DNA of 64,000 bases, from contig AP026162.1 of assembly GCA_030295235.1 (NCBI GenBank), positions 992,001 to 1,056,000 on the forward strand. Direction: 5' to 3'. Position numbers and translations under genes: made by a program. The notes beneath the pieces are model-generated. The model worked only from the letters and a program-made list of their open reading frames with translations, made no database searches and was not told where the DNA came from. Origin of the DNA: Fistulifera solaris. Taxonomy: Eukaryota. Below, piece after piece: positions 57,501 through 64,000 of this stretch; the first letter of the stretch is position 1, and each line of letters starts with the position of its first letter.

Positions 57501-60500
57501 CACTAACAATATCCCATAGTTAAGAGAAACGGAAGCTATGGATTCTAGGCCTCTGACATGTTTGCCGAAAGGGAGTATTGTCACAATTCTCTCCGATAAA
57601 GTGTCCAAGGATTATGGAGTTTTATCTAGGAGAGTTTTCGTTCGCCACAAACCGGAAAACAACGCTGACCAAACGTTTACTGAGGGATGGGCTAGCATTC
57701 AATCCTCGCAAGGTTATGTGATTTTGAGCCCTCTGATTTCGACATGCTTCACTAATTCTCGTTGGGGCAGCACGCGCCCAGTTATCAAGCAATGTGGACA
57801 CGCAGCACATCTGAGGTGCGTCGAGACGCATACTCTGTCTCTGCACCACCGAGCGGCGAGTGAACAAACGTATGATGGACGATTTGCTGCAAATATTGAC
57901 GACGGTGAATTTTTATGTCCGCTTTGCAAGCAATTGTGTAATATTCTGATACCAAGAGATAAAATGACTGAAGGAGATTCGGAATTTATGGATGTAGAGG
58001 AGGATTGTCCGTCTGGTAAAGGTGAACTTGCAACCGTCCGGAGTATTTTAAGGAAAGGTTGCTCTGTACACCTGACAAGCGCGGAAAGCGAATCTATGAC
58101 AAGCAAAGCTCTGGATCAATTCGGTTCCAAATTATATAGTGCTATGAACGTTCCGTGGGACCGAGCAACCCAATCGCAAAGGATAAATCAGCAAGAATGG
58201 CTTCGGGCTATTCAAATGTGGGATTTTGAAGACATGTCTAGTGAAGATGGCAGTGTAAAGAATACGCTAGCATTGTTGCGACAACAACTAATTTCATGGT
58301 CGGCTGTTGGACACAACGCGTCTATCCTCGAGGCTAGTACCCGGGCACTGGAAGAAGTTCTGCCTTTCGGAACTTTTTCAGTGACTTCTGATCCATGGCA
58401 GGGGTTCAACACAAAATCGAGAGATTCTCATCCCATGCTACTGGAATTGCGACGCATGCTCAACGCATCGTCGGGTTTGCTACAACTTCTTTGCCGACGT
58501 GTTGCCGATCAGTTAACTACAAATGACAACACGGGACAGGTCACCGTTATTGGGGAATGTCTCGCTAGTATTCTCGAGGGCCGATGCTGGGTGCAAGATG
58601 TGTTGTCCAGTAAGGGTTTATGTGGAACCGATGCTGCATTGTGGAGTTGTTTGTACAGCTTGATATCAGCTGTCCCTTGCCACGTAGCTCGGGATGGCGC
58701 CATTGCACAACGATGCGAAGCAAGGGCAACAGCTGCCGCGATGTGGACGATGAAGGGTACTGGAAGATCGCACGACGAAAGAAGGGAGGTCCCCACTCCT
58801 TTGCCATTCAGCAGCTACCTAATGAGCACACCTGCTCTACTGGCTGGGGAACAATGGACCCGTGTTTAGATCCCACTCAATTTTTTTCCAAGCCCTTTCG
58901 TCCCGCAATCGCCAGTGTCTTTCCCTATCTCCCCCCTTCTTTCATGGGATCTTAACACTTACACTGCTTCCATATTATCCGCCTTCCTGGGAAACCCCGT
59001 GAAAATGTTACCAACATCAGAGCAAATACTCTTTGTTTGTAAGACACTTATTCTAGCACGTGTGGTGCAGGCCATCGTCACCCCTTGTGGTTTTGACCTT
59101 CCTGATGAGACTGAATTGGACGAAGAAAGTTGCTGGGATGACACTGAAGTGAAAAAGCAAGGGAGTGCGTTGAGTAAACTATTAGCTCATTGCCGATTCG
59201 TTATCGACAGCAAGTCGATGTCTCATGGCCAAGAGCTTCTGGGCGACGCCTCTTGGTATCAAGACAGTGTCGTGTTGGCTGGCCTTGGACGTGCTATTTT
59301 GCCCTTTTCCCGTTCACTTATTCTTATGTTGAGAGCTTTCGTTTCGACTGTTCACGAAAGACAGCAACGCGGGGGGCATCGAGTTGAAAGGAGCACGTTC
59401 AATGAAGTTTTGGAAAGTGTTCTTTGCAATGACGATCTTATGACAGTGGAAGACGGTTTTTGCCTTATCAAAGCGATGGATGGGCCACTGCCTAGTCAAA
59501 TGGTCGACCCCGCCGACGAGTGGTGGGAATTAATCAATAAGTGGCTGGTAGCGGCTCTTGGTCTTGAATGTCATCACGGCTCTCGGGGTAGCACGATTGG
59601 AAGCTCTGTTGACGATATCTCGTCTGTGATCGGTAAACACATTGACCCGCAACACGAAAGCACCGTGTCCAATCAAAGGGAACATAACGCTCCTGAAGCT
59701 CCAGCCTACTATATAAATGAGCCTATGGATCACGGTGATAGTGACGCAGAATCAAGTATAGAACCTGACCACGGCAACTTTTTGGGTCTCAGAACAGACA
59801 TTCTTAACGATAGTGACGACTACGAAGAAGAAGATGTGATGATGCAAGATGTGGAGGAATTTCCTGTTGTATCCGGTATGGTTCCTACTTTCACCTTTTT
59901 CAATCCGGCTTTGAACCAGAATGCTGACGGAGAGGAGGAGTCGTCTGAAGAATATAGTAGTTCTGAAAACGAGGGCCTGGATGGCGACCGTGCGTTCGCC
60001 CATGTCTCCAAGTCCCCTATCATATATTACCAACCCAGTTTATTAGGTCGTGAAAAGGTTGGCCCAGGTAAGCCCGGGGAAGCCTTTGAGTCGGGCCGCG
60101 CGAGCTGCGTTATGTCGGATTTGAGCCACCTCAGCTTAGTGCATCTGAGGGGAGTCCCCACTTTTAGCTTGGTCCGTCTGCCGAAGTCATTCGTTGAACT
60201 CTACAACATGGTGAACATAGTGAAAGGAAGCGGAGACGATTCTCCTAATCTTGACGATAACGAAGATTTGGCTAATTCTGAAACAGCGATTTGTCTTCTT
60301 ACTGGAGCCGTCATGCGCTCAGGATCCCCTAGAAGAACATTTGCTCGTGCAGCAAGGCAGCCCGGCTCATGCACGATACATGCCAGGAAAACTGGATCAG
60401 GAATCGGAATATTTTTTCTCGTTCAGAAGTGCACCGTACTCTTGATGCACAACAATAAATCGGCATATTCTCCTAGTTTGTACGTAGATGTCCACGGAGA

Positions 60501-60654
60501 AGAAGACCCTGGATTAAAACGAGGCCGACCACTTTTTTTGCAAGAAGATCGATTCAGGGCTTTGGAGCGACTATGGCGTCAGCAAGGTATCCCAGGAGAA
60601 GTGGCCCAGATTCGATCAACATCCGACCGCGTCATTCGCGACAACTGGTATTAA
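51502..60654 (+). CDS. UBR-box N-recognin E3 ligase (UBR1/PRT6-like), several frameshifts; intron 57459-57518
   Basis: UBR box CGYVFKRGDIAWNCRTC...GGCCDCGD...C, ClpS-like LHNDDVHT, SFHLPLHR, RING CIIC...CGHAAHLRC...FLCPLCK, and C-terminal YVDVHGEEDPGLKRGRPL. Confidence 0.93.
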
Positions 60655-60728
60655 GAGGCAATTATTAAAAAACTAATACGTCGAAAGTTAAAACTGTCAT
60701 TAGGCATGATTCAGAAATTCGCCAAGAA

Positions 60729-62303
60729 TCACTTAGCGTCGTCGACGATGAAATCAGCCCGACCCCAGGATTGGTCTCGATGGCGGTATAGTTCACTGAT
60801 GACCATCCCCGTGGCAAAGTCGTCAACAAATTGTCGTTTATCTACCTTAGCAATGTGGAGGCGCGTTGACTCACGGGTTGAGGCAATTAATGTGCCCGCT
60901 GCAAGATCATCGAAGAAAGTTTCGGATCGGATGCCCCAAACCTCCAACGCATCCACGTCAAATATTGCATCAACGCCTCGCTCCTTTCTTAAAAGTTGTC
61001 CCGATTCAAATGTCGTGTCCAGACATCCAGCGTAGCAACCTTCTAAGGACGGACGCAAATGCAGTCGAGGGGTATCGGCTGCAAGTCCACCGATTGCCAA
61101 GCCTTCCAGCGGTCCGTGGCCCCGGCGGTAAGAAACAGGGGTACTCAAAAATTGATGATAACATCTGCTAGACGTATAACAAGTTTGTTGCAGTGAGCTG
61201 CCAGATGTCGCATCTTCTCTTTTCATATTGTAACAGGTCCACGAGGGCTGAATGCGGAAAAGAAGTGTCGAACCTTCCACAGCCGTTAAGGATGAAGCCT
61301 CATCGCTGCTGGTCGTGTACCATTTAGGACCTTTCTTCCAAGGCAATTCTGTGTAGAAACCAAGCACTTCACTTTCTGTAGTTCGAATAAGTACCAAAGT
61401 AGGTCCCATGAATGATACCAAAGCATGGGAAAAGCTGGAAAAAGCGAGTCCGTCCTCGTCACTGTTGTACAGTCTTTGATCTTTTTGAAACCAAGGCCCG
61501 CCCAAACCCATCAACGACAGATGAAACGGAATCGGGTCCAATGGATGCTTCCAAAATCCTGACAAGTCATTCAAAGAATCACTTTGTCGTTCACAACTAG
61601 TAATCCAATTGAAAAGTAATGATTTATACCGTGGATTGGTGAATGAATCATTTTGTAGATTCGTGCCGACAAGTGTCGCGCCCAGAAGCGCATAATGGAA
61701 AACAGTAGAGAGCAGATGCACAGCATGCTTTGCTTGTCCTTCCAGCCACGCATTGATTTGAGTTAATGACAAGTAGCTATCCCTTTCATCATTCGATGAC
61801 GAAAAACTGGACAAGGATTCAGCCATCGTTTCGCGCAACCTAGATTCATTGATTTCTCGTGACCACAGTGACCGAAAGTGCAGCAAAAGAGCAGCTTTCG
61901 CGAGCCGAAGAATGAAATCAGCTATTCGAGAAGGCGAACAGTCGTCACCGAACGCTCGGTAAAGTCGCGTAACCAAAGTTTGTGCACTCCCCCGACCCAT
62001 GAGCGTAATAGCCGTTTCCATGAATTTGGCTCTTGCGTACAAATCTGGTTGCTCATGTTCTGAAATACCGACAACGGCGGCATTCGCATACTCTTGTTGA
62101 AATATCTGTGATAGTTCGGGCAAAATCTCTGTCTCCACTGACACTACAAGTGTCGTAAACTCTTCTTTAACGAGACAGCTCAATAAATGCGGAGTTGACA
62201 GCTGATCACACTGTTCGTAGACGGCAAAAACTTCAAGCAGGCGATCCAGTTCATGATCACGAAGAGGATATCGATCCAGAAGTGATTCGCGAAGAGAAAT
62301 CAT
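60729..62303 (-). CDS. TLDc-domain protein
   Basis: LYNSDEDGLAF...GPTLVLI...GFY...W, GLAIGG, FDVDALEVWG. Confidence 0.85.
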   Translation of the reverse strand: MISLRESLLDRYPLRDHELDRLLEVFAVYEQCDQLSTPHLLSCLVKEEFTTLVVSVETEILPELSQIFQQEYANAAVVGISEHEQPDLYARAKFMETAITLMGRGSAQTLVTRLYRAFGDDCSPSRIADFILRLAKAALLLHFRSLWSREINESRLRETMAESLSSFSSSNDERDSYLSLTQINAWLEGQAKHAVHLLSTVFHYALLGATLVGTNLQNDSFTNPRYKSLLFNWITSCERQSDSLNDLSGFWKHPLDPIPFHLSLMGLGGPWFQKDQRLYNSDEDGLAFSSFSHALVSFMGPTLVLIRTTESEVLGFYTELPWKKGPKWYTTSSDEASSLTAVEGSTLLFRIQPSWTCYNMKREDATSGSSLQQTCYTSSRCYHQFLSTPVSYRRGHGPLEGLAIGGLAADTPRLHLRPSLEGCYAGCLDTTFESGQLLRKERGVDAIFDVDALEVWGIRSETFFDDLAAGTLIASTRESTRLHIAKVDKRQFVDDFATGMVISELYRHRDQSWGRADFIVDDAK

Positions 62304-62394
62304 AATAGAAATATCAAAATTATAGAAATTATAAACTACTACGTACCAGGTAATTGGATTGAGCGAAACACACAGAATTGAGCAGATTTTTATC

Positions 62395-62500
62395 TTGGGA
62401 TGTGATTTTTCACGTTCACAGAAAATGTGGGTGTGGGTTTACATACACAAAAAATGTGGGAATGTGATGTTTTTACGTTGACAGAAATGTGGGGATCTGG
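62395..62500 (-). repeat. Degenerate copies of the 19.7-kb minisatellite (about 3 units, reverse orientation)
   Basis: The reverse complement reads CCCACATTTTCTGTGAACGTGAAAAATCAC, matching CCCACATTTTCTGGGAACGTGAAAATAC. Confidence 0.7.
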
Positions 62501-63115
62501 TGTTTTACTATAATCCAAACAGTTGGTTGTACCAATCCACGACTGATTTCAATCATACCTGGTAAGACTGCATCAGTCCTTCAATCCTTTCTTACATTCA
62601 GCCTGCAGCGCGAAATTTTTGTCTTTTTCGCATTTGATTATAGTCTCATTACAATAATAGATCCAAAGCTAATTATGCTCTCACCTTAGAATTTCACGCA
62701 ATTGCGATTTCGGCCGGCAATGTCTTCGGGTCCTGACCTTCATGTTTTACTATGATCCAAAGAGTTGGTTATACCAATTCAAGACTGGATTTCAATCATA
62801 AGACTGCATCAGTCCTTTTGTAATGCAGCCTGCAGCGCGAACTTTTTCGTCTTTTTTCGCGTTTGACCAAAGTCTCACTACAATAATGGACCCAAATCTA
62901 ATTATGTTCTTACTTTGAATTTCGCGAAATTGCGATTTCGGCCGGCAATGTCTTCGGGTCCTGACCTTCATGTTTTTACTATGATCCAAAAAGTTGGTTG
63001 TACCAATTCACGACTGGATTTCAATCATCTATCAATCCTGTATCCTTTGTATACATACAGCCCTCGCAGCCAAGGAGGTAGCGCGATTTTTTATTGTCTT
63101 TTTCGCGTTCGATTT
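62500..63115. repeat. ~235-bp tandem repeat, about 2.6 units
   Basis: TTTTACTA(T/A..)ATCCAAA.AGTTGGTT recurs at ~62503, ~62745 and ~62975. AATTGCGATTTCGGCCGGCAATGTCTTCGGGTCCTGACC occurs twice. Confidence 0.88.
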
Positions 63116-63229
63116 GTTTGATTGCGTCGGTTGTCGGTTTGAGCAGATACATAAGAGGAAAAGCCAATATTGCAGTATTCAATACAAGCAATCATTTTTA
63201 AAAATGACTTTATTAATCGGGAGCTCGAA

Positions 63230-64000
63230 ATGGGCGTGGTTTCTTTTTCTGGTGCAATACTTTGGTTGGCACGTCCGGTCATCGCCGTTTGGAAAACGAC
63301 ATGATTCATCCTTCCGGCATCGCTGGATCAAAGAGGCCACAACGATTCAAGAATACGAATTGTGGGACTCGAATCAAATCAAAGAGGAGTTAGAACGATG
63401 GGCCTCCCATTATCCGCAATTTGTTCGGCTCACAACATCACAAGACGCGTACGGTCTGCCGACCGCCGGACGAGCGGAGGATTGCCCCTTTGATGAAGGC
63501 GATGGCTGTAAAAATTACATTCTGACTTTACAAGACTTTGAGGCGTATCCGGAAGGATCCGAGGCGTCGAGGCATCTTCCCGAAGTCCTGTGGAGTGGAG
63601 AAGTACACGGTGACGAACGAGTGGGCCCGACCGCGGTGCTCGAAGCTACATCACTGCTTTTGTCGGCGGCTGCATGTGAGGCGCTTCCGCGTCGAAATCT
63701 CATGCCAGAGGGGGATGATGAAGAAGTACAAAAGGCTTGGGAGCGGGAACGACAGTTAGCGGACAATTGTCGAATGGAGTTACGACAATTTGGTATTGAG
63801 GATCAACATCGGAAATGGCTTGCCAGGCTCCTTTCGACGCGACGTCTGGTCGTTGTGCCGACAGCAAATGCATTAGGTTACTATAGAAGCGAACGAACAG
63901 AAAATGGAGTGGATGCAAATCGTGATTTTCCCTTTGATTTGACGGATCCGAAACAATGTATGACGACCATCGCCGGAAGAACTTTGAATGAAGTTTTTCG
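63230..64000 (+). CDS. M14 zinc carboxypeptidase (3' end outside window)
   Basis: Manual read gives signal-like N-terminus, WSGEVHGDERVG (HxxE zinc motif), VVPTAN, RTENGVDANRDFP. Confidence 0.85.

Noticed and set aside
19..60654. Functional cluster of ubiquitin ligases (RING, HECT, UBR)
   Set aside because: They are far apart among unrelated housekeeping genes, and E3 genes are common enough for chance co-occurrence.

Overview
Gene-dense eukaryotic nuclear DNA, most likely from a raphid pennate diatom (Fistulifera-like). This assignment is inferred from short GT-AG introns, bipartite signal-plus-transit presequences, a CoDi-type copia element and a lineage-specific gene family. The window holds about 27 protein genes, including HECT and UBR-box E3 ligases, a PDI-like thioredoxin, an SNase nuclease, a tandem GNAT, ELP4, CENP-X, an aldo-keto reductase, Hsp70, RPS19, RPL32, TRM13, PurF, lipoyl synthase, a GBP2-like RRM protein and a TLDc protein. 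It also holds one tRNA-Glu(TTC) and several tandem-repeat arrays. Many genes are broken by single-base indels, which look like consensus errors. The most striking object is a full-length, very young Ty1/copia element (5587-11104) with identical 152-bp LTRs and a CGCCG target-site duplication. It has no tRNA primer site; instead a 12-nt segment abutting the 5' LTR is perfectly complementary to the LTR itself, suggesting Tf1-like self-priming. It also has TG...TA ends and gag and pol in one frame separated by a single UAG followed by a predicted stem, suggesting readthrough. Other candidates are an intronic box C/D snoRNA in an EEVD-type, signal-peptide-bearing Hsp70, an orphan tRNA 5' half beside tRNA-Glu, a promoter minisatellite family at two loci, and a 0.9-kb tract of many different 7-bp duplications. 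All calls were made by eye; no database searches were run.
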